Positions 54,324-63,095 of a stretch of 64,000 nt of DNA are shown one piece after another. Both the position numbers and the translations under genes were made by a program. The DNA is from a virus (taxonomy: Duplodnaviria > Caudoviricetes): positions 3,216 to 67,215 of the IMG/VR virus record IMGVR_UViG_3300046529_000616; one strand, given 5' to 3'. Position 1 is the first letter of the stretch, and each line of letters opens with the position of its first letter. Under the pieces are notes generated by a model. That model ran no database searches and had not been told where the DNA came from. It was given only the letters and a program-made list of their open reading frames with translations.

Positions 54324-55648
54324 GGAGTCTGTCTTTCCATTCTGAGGGATTTGAGAAGAGATTCTGCTGCAACTTCGACGGCGAGGTTGGCGGATTCTGG
54401 GGTTTCGGAACCCTTACTTCCGGGGACGAAAATCGTGTTGGGATTGGTGTCGTTGCGGTCATGGACTGGGATGCCGTACCAGCCTTTGAGGTCTGATTCA
54501 AGTTCTTTCGTTTGTTCCAACAGAGCAAAAGCGAGTCTTCGCATCGACGCTGGATGGGCAATGGCAAATGCTGCCCGGTCGATGTCGAGATATTCGCCGG
54601 CCTTTTTATACACGATAGAATAGCGCCAAGTTTTGCTGCCTGACCTGGTGTTCCCGATGATTCGGAGTTCGGTTGAGATGCCTTGGGCTTCGAGTCGAGA
54701 AGCGAGGCTCAAGACCGCTGCGCCCCGAAGCATCATGTCATTCACGGTAACGTAGGCGCTGATCCAGTGGTTGTAGTCAATTCGAACGATTGGCTTGGAG
54801 GTTCGATGGTCCGCTCCAGGATCAACAGCCATACAGCTTGGATCACCGGAACAATAGACTGGAACGATTGGGTATCCTCCAGCAACGGAGAATTCGATGG
54901 TTGGATAATAGGTTGGCCGAGGAGATACGCGGGCGAAACTGTCAGTCAGTAGTTTTCGCCCCTCGGGCCAGCCGGTTGAAACGGCCATAGTCACCGCTTC
55001 GTCGAAGGTTTTGGTTCCGAACCAAGATTCATCTTTCCTTTCATGGCTGGTACAGTTTTCTTTTTTCCAGGTTCGTAAACTCTGGTCCAAGACGCATTTG
55101 ACGAAATTGCTCCAGGAATCAAATTCCCTATGAACACAGGTAGAATTTCGTTCCGAATAGGTCCAGCTCCAGTCGTCAGGGTTTGGGTCCTGGCCTCCCG
55201 AGATTTTTCCTTCAGGTTCAGATACAGATTCAGAGTCAGATTCTGTTGGTATGCACTGGGAATCTAGATCTTCTTCAGAATCGGTTTCAGACTCTGAGTC
55301 AGGGTCGAACTCATCGCCGTTGGGGAGGTCGCCATCATCTGGGTCTGAGCCGGCTTCTGAATCAGAATCTTCGTCAGATTCCTCTCCTTCTTCTGGCCCC
55401 ACTTCCTGACCTTCGGCATCGCCGCTCTCTCCCGCATCTCGTGCTTCCGAGTCATCTTCGTTCTCCTCTGAATCTTGGTCTTGATCCTGACCTGAACCTC
55501 CGCCCGAGTTAGGCGGTTCTGGCCAGCCAAATAGGGCGAACCAGGCAGCGGCGGAAGTTAGGTCAGAAAAAGCCCCGATCGTCTTGTGTGCCCAGCGTGG
55601 GTCTGGATCGGAGGAAATTGGTTCTGGTTTGTTGTCTAGGGGCATCAA
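54320..55648 (-). CDS. VWA-like (CobT/DUF7192-type) partner of the AAA+ ATPase, with acidic low-complexity N-terminus
   Basis: WFGTKTFDEA, VAGG.P.VP, RGAAVLSLASRLEAQG and AHPASMRRL; D/E/S-rich segment; overlaps the AAA gene. Confidence 0.65.
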   Translation of the reverse strand: MMPLDNKPEPISSDPDPRWAHKTIGAFSDLTSAAAWFALFGWPEPPNSGGGSGQDQDQDSEENEDDSEARDAGESGDAEGQEVGPEEGEESDEDSDSEAGSDPDDGDLPNGDEFDPDSESETDSEEDLDSQCIPTESDSESVSEPEGKISGGQDPNPDDWSWTYSERNSTCVHREFDSWSNFVKCVLDQSLRTWKKENCTSHERKDESWFGTKTFDEAVTMAVSTGWPEGRKLLTDSFARVSPRPTYYPTIEFSVAGGYPIVPVYCSGDPSCMAVDPGADHRTSKPIVRIDYNHWISAYVTVNDMMLRGAAVLSLASRLEAQGISTELRIIGNTRSGSKTWRYSIVYKKAGEYLDIDRAAFAIAHPASMRRLAFALLEQTKELESDLKGWYGIPVHDRNDTNPNTIFVPGSKGSETPESANLAVEVAAESLLKSLRMERQTP

Positions 55649-57153
55649 TTTACTCCCTCCAACTCCAGCTCCTGATCCTGGGTCCTGTTCTCAGGTTGCT
55701 CAGGAGGAAGAAGTAACTCAAATTTCCCAGCAATGTTAACTATGCGGGAAACTGTGTCGGGATCGAGGCCGCGCCAGAGTTGGGCTTTACAGACTTCGTC
55801 GGCCCCGTCACCGTCACGGATGTCTTGGAGTCCGCGAGCAGAAGCGCGCATGGAGACGATATGATCCAGTCTTAACTGAGCTATGGCTCCGCGAACTTTC
55901 TGGACGTACTTTATCCAGGGATGATTTCCATAGATTTGGATTTCGAGAGCCGGATCATAGTCCACGACCTCATAGGCAAACCGGTCCAGGCTCGCTGCGT
56001 CGAGTGGGTTTCGCCCCTGGTATTGCATGGTGGCGCCGTGTCCGTAAGTGTTGGCGGCGACAATACATCTGAACCGAGGGTGAACTTTCAGGATTCCGTT
56101 GGGGAATGCGCCGAAGTCGTTGGCGAGGATGGAATTTAGTGCTCCAAGGGCAGCGGCGGCCCACATGTCGGCTTCGTCAATACATAACAGTCCGCCGTCT
56201 CGAACACACTCGTAAACTAGAGTTTCGATGTATTCTCCGGTTGGCGACTTGAAGCCTTTTACGTCGTACTTGGTCAGGGCTTGATCTATTGGGAAGAATT
56301 CGGTTTCGAGGTTATAGCCTGCTCCGACACAAACCTGTTTGAACAAATGGGTCTTGCCGGTTCCTGCGCCGCCGACCATGTAGACGTGCTGTCCGCGAAG
56401 GATCCGCTTCAGAATCCGTGGAAACGCTTCATGCCTTGGTTCTGCGTCGAGATTTATGATTTCTTTATTATTGATTTTTATTTCTAGCCGCCTCGGCAGG
56501 TTCTTGTTGATGATGTCTTCTGCAACTGCGTGGGCAACTTCTGCTCCTGCATCGCTCGCGAGTCCAACGATCTTGGATTTCATATCCTCGGACAAGGTCA
56601 GCACCGCTTCGCGCAACTTCGAACTCAGCTGAGAATCGACCTGGAGTCGAAGGTCTTGGGTTGCTTTGTTGAGTCGGGGAACGATGACCGCCTCGGCTGC
56701 GCGGGCGATGGCGCGCTCGTCGATGACCAGATTTCGCTTCTGATTCTGGTCCTGATTCTGCTCCGTGTTGGGAGGCTCAGGAAACTGGTCTTTAAATGGA
56801 CTCGGAACTTCGCTTCCCTCGTCTAAAAGACCGTTGATCTCGTCGTCCAGGTCGATGTTAATGTCCTGACTTTTTCGCCGTTTTGGCACGTTTCCAAAAC
56901 GCTTGTTCAAGTCTTCGTTGACGATGTTGTTGGTCACCCAGGCTCTTCCGGCCCTGAGAGCCCTGACTGCTCCTTCATTCGACATGGAAATGGTTTTGCG
57001 CTCGGAAACGCCGAGAGTCTGGAGCCATTCGTTGATGAGGAAGCGGGTATTTTCTGTCAGAGCTGGAATTGGTTTCCACGAAGGATCGCCTGGAGAGAGC
57101 GAAACCAGTTTCAAGCTGTCTTCGAGGGATTTGAGGCGTTCTAGGTCGGCCAT
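55645..57153 (-). CDS. MoxR/CobS-like AAA+ ATPase
   Basis: Walker A GGAGTGKT, Walker B LCIDEAD, AANTYG.G...Y.GRN.LDAASLDRF and SMRAS. Confidence 0.85.
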   Translation of the reverse strand: MADLERLKSLEDSLKLVSLSPGDPSWKPIPALTENTRFLINEWLQTLGVSERKTISMSNEGAVRALRAGRAWVTNNIVNEDLNKRFGNVPKRRKSQDINIDLDDEINGLLDEGSEVPSPFKDQFPEPPNTEQNQDQNQKRNLVIDERAIARAAEAVIVPRLNKATQDLRLQVDSQLSSKLREAVLTLSEDMKSKIVGLASDAGAEVAHAVAEDIINKNLPRRLEIKINNKEIINLDAEPRHEAFPRILKRILRGQHVYMVGGAGTGKTHLFKQVCVGAGYNLETEFFPIDQALTKYDVKGFKSPTGEYIETLVYECVRDGGLLCIDEADMWAAAALGALNSILANDFGAFPNGILKVHPRFRCIVAANTYGHGATMQYQGRNPLDAASLDRFAYEVVDYDPALEIQIYGNHPWIKYVQKVRGAIAQLRLDHIVSMRASARGLQDIRDGDGADEVCKAQLWRGLDPDTVSRIVNIAGKFELLLPPEQPENRTQDQELELEGVN

Positions 57154-57168
57154 TGCACGTACCTTTGT

Positions 57169-57423
57169 TTAAGAGTTGTAGGGGCAGGAACTCAGATCAT
57201 GGGAATTGGAGTCAGAACAAAGCACGTTGTGAATGAACAGTTCCCGGTGGAAGTTGGGTTCGTGGTCGGACAGGTCTTTCGCAAAGTCTTTGACAAATTC
57301 GATAAAGTTGGGGAGCACGTCTTCGTACGGTCCCCAGGAGTAAGTCGAGTTTTTGGCCCGAACTAGACCTTTTTGCAAGATCTTTGTCAGGGTTTCGTAA
57401 TCTCTTTTGGAGAAATGGGACAT
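57169..57423 (-). CDS. Hypothetical protein
   Basis: MSHFSKRDYETL...FA..L...PNFHRELF, a pattern common in small phage proteins. Confidence 0.55.
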   Translation of the reverse strand: MSHFSKRDYETLTKILQKGLVRAKNSTYSWGPYEDVLPNFIEFVKDFAKDLSDHEPNFHRELFIHNVLCSDSNSHDLSSCPYNS

Positions 57424-57428
57424 GGAAT

Positions 57429-57668
57429 CTATAGCTCGATGTCGATGACGGAGTTTCTGGAAACTTGTCTTGCCGTGTGGCGTTTCAGATTCAGAGTCAG
57501 TGTCTTGTTGTCGATGAAGAGGTTTCTTCGCGACATTGCGGCTTCTGGAAAGGCTTCTAAAGCCGCCTTTCTCGACTCGAAGGCCCATTTCCAAGTTCCG
57601 AAACGAGGATGGAATATGGTCCAGAGCCCTGGAATTGGCTGTTTGATTTTGAGTTCGGTGAGATTCAC
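57429..57668 (-). CDS. Early hypothetical protein ending in the VIDIEL tag
   Basis: GTG overlaps the upstream TGA; C-terminus NSVIDIEL*. Confidence 0.55.
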   Translation of the reverse strand: MNLTELKIKQPIPGLWTIFHPRFGTWKWAFESRKAALEAFPEAAMSRRNLFIDNKTLTLNLKRHTARQVSRNSVIDIEL

Positions 57669-57841
57669 GACTTGAGTATCCGCTTATAGGCTTCCATGAG
57701 TCTGTCAAACTCAGCAGCGCACCGCATGATGTTGGCAGCTTTCCGGACCTCCTCTTGAAGATAGAGGCCGTCGTGATAGCATTGGAACAAGAATGCAGCT
57801 GTTGTTCGTGGCGACGGCGGCTTTACAGATTTGGTTTTCAT
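57665..57841 (-). CDS. Hypothetical protein
   Basis: AAGGA RBS before ATG 57841. Confidence 0.55.
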   Translation of the reverse strand: MKTKSVKPPSPRTTAAFLFQCYHDGLYLQEEVRKAANIMRCAAEFDRLMEAYKRILKS

Positions 57842-57854
57842 GGTTTGGAGTCCT

Positions 57855-58478
57855 TTAGAGGTCAATCTCGATGGCGTCATCGAACGAGCCAGAAGTTGGG
57901 ATCTTTCCGCCGATCTTTTTGGGAGCTTTTGAATTAGTTTCTTTTTGTGGATTGTAACTGACTGAAACACCGTTCGCCATGACTTCGATCCGACGCGGGC
58001 GGCGAGCGGCGGGAATTACTTTGTTGGCTAGGGTTATGTCTTTGTGGTCAGAGACGATGCCCCGCCAAATATCCTGAGAACGTCTTAGTTCTGCCTGCTC
58101 GCGACGTTCGAGCATCTTTTGCTTTTCGTCTTCGCTGGCATTGTCGAATTTCTTTTGCCAGTCGCTAATGTGGGCGGCCCTGGCTTCAGCAATTCGCTGT
58201 TCTCTAACAACTTGTGGGTCGAGACGTTCTGTTGTGGTCGGGGCGGGTTTCGCCGCCTTGGCTTTTGATAAAAGTTCGACCAGAGCGGCTTGAATCCCTG
58301 CGGGGAGATCGTTGAAGGAAATTCCTTCGATCTTGTCCCGAGCTGCTCCGCCTTGGCCCGGCGCTTCACAGATGACTTGAGTTCCATCCCAAGCGATGAT
58401 TAGTTGGGCTGTTGGGGCGAAGGTTCTGGAACGGATTTGGTCGGAGAATTTAACTTCTGGGTTCTTTGGATCGGCCAT
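57855..58478 (-). CDS. Early protein ending in the AIEIDL tag
   Basis: 207 aa; first gene after the predicted promoter at 58539-58567. Confidence 0.7.
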   Translation of the reverse strand: MADPKNPEVKFSDQIRSRTFAPTAQLIIAWDGTQVICEAPGQGGAARDKIEGISFNDLPAGIQAALVELLSKAKAAKPAPTTTERLDPQVVREQRIAEARAAHISDWQKKFDNASEDEKQKMLERREQAELRRSQDIWRGIVSDHKDITLANKVIPAARRPRRIEVMANGVSVSYNPQKETNSKAPKKIGGKIPTSGSFDDAIEIDL

Positions 58479-58538
58479 TGCGCGTATCCTGAGTCAGATG
58501 CAGGAACAAGCCAGGCAAGGGAGCGCCCGGCAATGCCG

Positions 58539-58567
58539 ATTATGGCAGATAGGCATACACTTGGCAA
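58539..58567 (-). promoter_or_regulatory. Putative sigma70 promoter TTGCCA-N17-CATAAT with an AGGCATAC box in the spacer
   Basis: Minus-strand -35 at 58562-58567, -10 at 58539-58544 preceded by TGC; box at 58551-58558. Confidence 0.6.
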
Positions 58568-58680
58568 GGGGCATGTAAGCCTTTGAAAGCAAAGGGCTTT
58601 TTGCCTTTTGTTACAATGTAACAGCCCTTTGCCCTCTAAGCCGGCTTACCTTGGAGTCAGCAGGGTTTCGCCCCGTTAGT

Positions 58681-58911
58681 TTAGCTTTTTGGGAGATATA
58701 TCAGGGGTTCTAGAAGCTCGATCATGCGCTTTGCGAGGATGACTCGATCTTCTTCGAAGCATTCTTTGACCAAGGCTCCGTAGGCTATGGTGAACATTAA
58801 CATTGCGACATTGGGGGGAGTGAATTCGTTGAGGACAGCTTCCATGTTAGGAAGTTTTTGTTTCAGGATTTCGAGGGAACCTACTTGCGGCTCGATCATT
58901 TCTTTTGGCAT
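58681..58911 (-). CDS. Hypothetical protein
   Basis: AAGGA RBS; TGC-CATAAT -10-like element at 58956-58964. Confidence 0.6.
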   Translation of the reverse strand: MPKEMIEPQVGSLEILKQKLPNMEAVLNEFTPPNVAMLMFTIAYGALVKECFEEDRVILAKRMIELLEPLIYLPKS

Positions 58912-59018
58912 TTGTTGTCCATTCCTTCTGTTTGGCCCGGTCTGGGCACGGGAGTATTATGGCATGGGAGGGCTTTTGATACCAGAGAAAAATGCCTTTT
59001 GAATCAGGAATCTAGACT

Positions 59019-59741
59019 CTATCGCTTTTTTAACTGGACTATTGCTGAGGTCAAGAGGCCGCCTTGTTCTGGATTGGGCTCTGTTCCTTCTTCTTTCGAA
59101 GTCACAATGTATTCGCCGTTGAATTCACCAGGTTTTGTTATTCCGCGCTCGATTAATAAGTCCAATAAAGCATTCCATTGATCTGGTTCATTGGATAAAC
59201 TAAACGAGAGGGCTAGATGCACAACATCTGACGAGCGTACTATCATATATGGAAGATATTTCTTTCGAAGTTCTGAGACGAAACGTGTGCAGTCAACAAC
59301 AGTTTCAGCTCGCATTTGCGCATGAGTTTGTTTTGGAGTTTCAACTGGAATTGGAGTTGGTGTTGGAACTGGAATCTGTTCCCGCTTTGGTGAATAGATC
59401 TCATTGAGTTCGATGTCGACGTAGCTCAATCCAGAATCGACTTTGGCTTTTAGTCTTGCCCTTCGCATTGCATCTCGGGTGTTGTCATTTCTTCGAGCGT
59501 TGATTGCGAAATGAGTCCGTTCGGAAATGACGCTTTCTCGGAGTTCATCTTCTTCTACTGCTTTGTGTCTGGCTCTCATGTAAAGAGTGTCAAAGGCGGC
59601 GATCAATCTCTCTGGATCATCGCCTGCGTTTGCTTTCATGACCTGTGCTTGTTCGGCTACCGCTCGAATCATGTCCAGTTCTCGGGCTAAGTAGGTTGCG
59701 GCTTTGATCAGAGTCAGCATTCGGATTTGTGTGATTGCCAT
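59019..59741 (-). CDS. Hypothetical early protein
   Basis: Likely start ATG 59741 (MAITQIRML); internal YVDIEL. Confidence 0.6.
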   Translation of the reverse strand: MAITQIRMLTLIKAATYLARELDMIRAVAEQAQVMKANAGDDPERLIAAFDTLYMRARHKAVEEDELRESVISERTHFAINARRNDNTRDAMRRARLKAKVDSGLSYVDIELNEIYSPKREQIPVPTPTPIPVETPKQTHAQMRAETVVDCTRFVSELRKKYLPYMIVRSSDVVHLALSFSLSNEPDQWNALLDLLIERGITKPGEFNGEYIVTSKEEGTEPNPEQGGLLTSAIVQLKKR

Positions 59742-59885
59742 TGGAGTTCGAGTCCGTAAAGTTGGCCCAGGATGTGAGGTAGTATGAGGGGTGGAATGAT
59801 GGATAGGAAGTGAAATCGGTATGTGTGGATGGGTGGGAGGGTCGAGGGGCTCATAGGTATGCCTACTGCCTTCCTGACTGGGTTC

Positions 59886-59920
<35 letters not shown>

Positions 59921-60008
59921 AGTCAGAAGCAGAGTCCAGCTCAGAGTCCACCTCCCAGTCCGCTACCAACCGCAAGGGGAGATACATAACCCGACTTCAC
60001 ATCGGTAT

Positions 60009-60264
60009 CTACAAATGGACTAACAAAAGTACAAACAAACAAGTCCAATTCGAGTTCGATCTTGAACATACAAGTCGAATTGGAGTTTGACTTAGTACCT
60101 GCGCCGGAACTTGAGTCGGGAACAAATAGGCATACATGGAAGGGTCTTCAACGTATGCACAAAACTACAAACCAGGGGCCTGAACTACAAGTCCGTTAGC
60201 TACAAACCTCGAGCGCGACTACAAACTCGAGGTACAATTCCGAGTCGGAAGGGAATAACTACAA
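60009..60264. repeat. Iteron-like TACAA[A/G] repeats
   Basis: CTACAA at 60009, 60165, 60185, 60200, 60219, 60259; GTACAA at 60029, 60232; ATACAA at 60068. Confidence 0.7.
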
Positions 60265-60317
60265 GTCGGGAGGCAGAAAAAATCGCTTGGATTCGATCAA
60301 AAAGGCTTCGCCGGGGC

Positions 60318-60346
60318 TTGCGCTTTCTGGCTGGAAATGCCATATT
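60318..60346 (+). promoter_or_regulatory. Putative sigma70 promoter TTGCGC-N17-CATATT
   Basis: Same TGC-CATA(A/T)T extended -10 as the 58539 promoter; faces the 60608 gene. Confidence 0.55.
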
Positions 60347-60352
60347 TCACTT

Positions 60353-60587
60353 GCGGTTGGTTTACGGGGCTTCGGCCCGCGCCGCTCCCGGTGAGGGATA
60401 GCTTCCCTCGCTCATAGGTTCCCGGGAATGGTAGGCATCTTGCATGTGCAATCTCTGCCTACTGGGCCGCAAGTAGCCATTGCCGCCCTCCCGCAAGCGC
60501 CGCAAGGCGTGAATAAGCGGGGCTTCAAAATCTGTTCTGTTAAGACCGCGCTGCAACGGACTTGCAGCATTCTCGGCCAAGACGGCC
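60353..60587 (+). ncRNA. Candidate structured 5' leader or ncRNA
   Basis: Consecutive hairpins: GGGC-TTCG-GCCC (60367-60378), GAGGGA/TCCCTC (60393-60409), GTAGGCA/TGCCTAC (60431-60462), CGCC-GCAA-GGCG (60498-60509), GCTGCAA/TTGCAGC (60550-60568). Confidence 0.45.
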
Positions 60588-60607
60588 AAACTCAAGGACT
60601 CTATCAC

Positions 60608-61174
60608 ATGGCACAAGGCAATAACAATTCCGCGACGCTTTGGAGTGAGTCGGCTTCGCGGTGCAAGTATGCAGTTCATGGCGGCGCGCCAATGATCGGC
60701 GTTAGCGGCGATACTGGCGACGGCTTCATCGTCCCGGTTCCGGCGCCAGCGTGGTTCGCGGCAATCGAAGACGAAGGCACGCGCGATAACGTGTTTCGGG
60801 CACTCAGTTCCCATGCACTTCGCGTTGGGCAGGCGAAGCTCAAGGCGGCCGATACGCCGACTCGCGAGATTGCGGTTGCGGGCGTAGCTTCTGCCCTCAA
60901 CGGCGGTTACAAGCCTGGCCGCGAGACGGTGAACGACATCGTCGAAAGCGAGACGGCAACCCGGTTCGCGACTCACGTTCGCGGGCTGGTGCTCAAGGCG
61001 AAACCGGATGCGAGCGAGAAGGCGATTGTCGATACCATCGGTAAACAGGCCGCGAGCGAAAAGGGCAAAACCCTACTCGCCAAGATTCGCGGTGAGGTGT
61101 TGGCTTCGATGACTTACACCGTTTCGCGCAAGGGCAAGGGCGCCGACACCGGCGTGGTTGAGATTGAACTGTAA
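60608..61174 (+). CDS. Early protein ending in the VVEIEL tag
   Basis: AAGGA RBS before ATG 60608; C-terminus DTGVVEIEL*. Confidence 0.7.
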   Translation: MAQGNNNSATLWSESASRCKYAVHGGAPMIGVSGDTGDGFIVPVPAPAWFAAIEDEGTRDNVFRALSSHALRVGQAKLKAADTPTREIAVAGVASALNGGYKPGRETVNDIVESETATRFATHVRGLVLKAKPDASEKAIVDTIGKQAASEKGKTLLAKIRGEVLASMTYTVSRKGKGADTGVVEIEL

Positions 61175-61195
61175 CCCTCAACACTGACTCAGGGA

Positions 61196-61219
61196 ACGGG
61201 CCGCAGCAATGCGGCCCGT
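61196..61219 (+). other. Perfect 10-bp hairpin with GCAA tetraloop
   Basis: ACGGGCCGCA-GCAA-TGCGGCCCGT; no U-tract follows. Confidence 0.7.
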
Positions 61220-61226
61220 ATCTGCA

Positions 61227-61415
61227 ATGAACGACTCCAAGATGTTAGACACAATCCGCGAAATTCTGGCGAGTGATTACGGACTGCGCAACTTGCCGCC
61301 AGATTGGTTAGATCACGTGGTCTGGAAATACGCTAAGCGTTGGCCGAATGCTCGGATTGCGTTCCTGATCGCGAATGATTGGCAACGCGGGTTGACGACT
61401 CTACCCGACGCCTAA
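61227..61415 (+). CDS. Hypothetical protein
   Basis: ATG just after the hairpin; 62 aa. Confidence 0.5.
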   Translation: MNDSKMLDTIREILASDYGLRNLPPDWLDHVVWKYAKRWPNARIAFLIANDWQRGLTTLPDA

Positions 61416-61433
61416 TCCTGTTCGGAGGCTATA

Positions 61434-61586
61434 ATGGACTCACTACCTTACGTTGAAGTTCTCCGCCGACTCTGCGCCGAATGGCGAACCCACAAACCCG
61501 CGCCGCGGTATCGGACTCGGGGTTATTTACCCAACGGAACGGCACGCGCAACGCTGTACCTCGGCAGCTATGCGTTGCGGGTCTGA
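61434..61586 (+). CDS. Hypothetical protein (50 aa)
   Basis: GGAGG RBS; MDSLPYVEVLRRLCAEW...ALRV*. Confidence 0.5.
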   Translation: MDSLPYVEVLRRLCAEWRTHKPAPRYRTRGYLPNGTARATLYLGSYALRV

Positions 61587-61789
61587 ACAGAAAGGAATCT
61601 ATGCGGCATACCAATCGCGCATAGCAGGTTCTCGGACTCGGGGGTTGACAAAGGCCCCCGACTCCACCCTCCCCCGGCACTGAGGTCTCCACCAAGTCCT
61701 CGGCAAGTAAAACCCGTACCCATGACTCCCAGGTAAAAGTCAAATTTTGAGTGAGCATACGTTAGGTTTCCAAATCAAGGTGAGTCACC

Positions 61790-62407
61790 ATGCTACCAAA
61801 ACGCGGAAGGCCGGGGGCGGCCATTTTGATGACTGTGGAAAGAGAATTAGTAGCGAGCGATATTTTCCGACTCGCAATGGGTCAAGGACCAAACGGAGAC
61901 CCCGCGCCCCGGAAGGCGCCCCCGATGCTTCAGCGACTCAAGGCCAGTCACCACACCGCGGCCCGACTTCTCGCTGCGGGGCTCACGGTCAAGGAAGTTG
62001 CGGCGCGAGTAGGCAGAACCCCCCAACGAATTGGCGACATGGAACGGACTGATCCGGCGTTTCAGAACCTAATCGGTTACTACCGGGCGATGATTACCGA
62101 GACCGAAGTTGAAGACGCTCGCGAAATGCAAGGCATGTTCCGCGGTATCGGACTCGACGCGCTGGATGAAATCCGAGAGAGACTCGACGATCCGGTGAAA
62201 CGAGCTGAAATTCCGATTGGCGAACTTCGCCAGCTCGCTTCAACAGCCGCCGACCGTACCGACGCACCGAACAAAGTAGCGCAACAGGGAATTGTTACCC
62301 CGGCAAAGATCACCATCAAGCTCGGACCTAGAGATCTTCGTCCGAAAGAACCTGATCTTAAACTTATCGACCAGGAGGGAAACCAATTGGTTGAAACCGA
62401 GGAGTAA
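61790..62407 (+). CDS. HTH protein, probable terminase small subunit
   Basis: AAGGTGA RBS; HTH LAAGLTVKEVAARVGRTPQRI, then helical core; upstream of TerL. Confidence 0.55.
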   Translation: MLPKRGRPGAAILMTVERELVASDIFRLAMGQGPNGDPAPRKAPPMLQRLKASHHTAARLLAAGLTVKEVAARVGRTPQRIGDMERTDPAFQNLIGYYRAMITETEVEDAREMQGMFRGIGLDALDEIRERLDDPVKRAEIPIGELRQLASTAADRTDAPNKVAQQGIVTPAKITIKLGPRDLRPKEPDLKLIDQEGNQLVETEE

Positions 62408-62633
62408 GTGTCGTGTTTACGAAAACTGTGACTTCGAACCGGATGGCATTTCGCCGCCCGTTGGTCTGGACCACTCCCGAGCCCCCAGCGGCCCAAAATG
62501 TCTGGTCGGTAGTGCGGTTGGAGCGGAAGTCGGTAGTTACCACTTCCAACCAGAACCACTCCCGCGAGACCGTCTCCCAAGCAGGGACAGACAAAGCCTC
62601 TGTCCCTGTTTATGGCACCTTGAGGCTGGCAGC

Positions 62634-63095
62634 ATGATTCTCGCAGCTAACCGGACTACAAGCCGCAACCTCCCCAAACCTAAGACTGCTGTTGCTCGAT
62701 CCGGACTCAGCTTTGAGAAGAATTTGTTTGAGTCGATCTCGAAGTCCGCGCCTGCGAAGGTTTCCGTCGAACGAAACCCATGGTTCGTTTATCGCGACTC
62801 CAGAAGCTCCGATGCACTCCAATGCCAACTGGACATTCTGATCCACGACCATGAGTTTGAGTTCTATGTCGTTGTAGAAGTTAAAAGAACCTGGACTCCC
62901 CTCGCAATGCAGAAGCTGAAAACAGTTTATTGTCCGGTAGTGGCTCGCGCCCTCGGCGAGCCAGCGAAACCGCTGGTAATTTGTCAGAACCTGACTCCAT
63001 CTTCCCCCATGCCAAAGTCAACAGTTCCGTTTGCACTTTTGTCCGACGAGCCCCTCATGCAATGGTTGGGAAGAGGAAGCATAAGATGGGAATAG
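62634..63095 (+). CDS. PD-(D/E)xK nuclease-like protein
   Basis: CQLDILI...VVEVKRT motif. Confidence 0.6.
   Translation: MILAANRTTSRNLPKPKTAVARSGLSFEKNLFESISKSAPAKVSVERNPWFVYRDSRSSDALQCQLDILIHDHEFEFYVVVEVKRTWTPLAMQKLKTVYCPVVARALGEPAKPLVICQNLTPSSPMPKSTVPFALLSDEPLMQWLGRGSIRWE

Noticed and set aside
57424-57708. N-terminal extension of ORF 57169-57708
   Set aside because: Overlaps the 57429-57668 gene, which has a coupled start and the conserved tag.
60009-60264. Possible CRISPR mini-array
   Set aside because: Repeat units are only 6-8 bp with irregular spacing; no 25-40 bp repeats or cas genes.
61638-61661. TTGACA as a sigma70 promoter for TerS
   Set aside because: No -10 element at 16-18 bp; the hexamer lies in the loop of a short inverted repeat.
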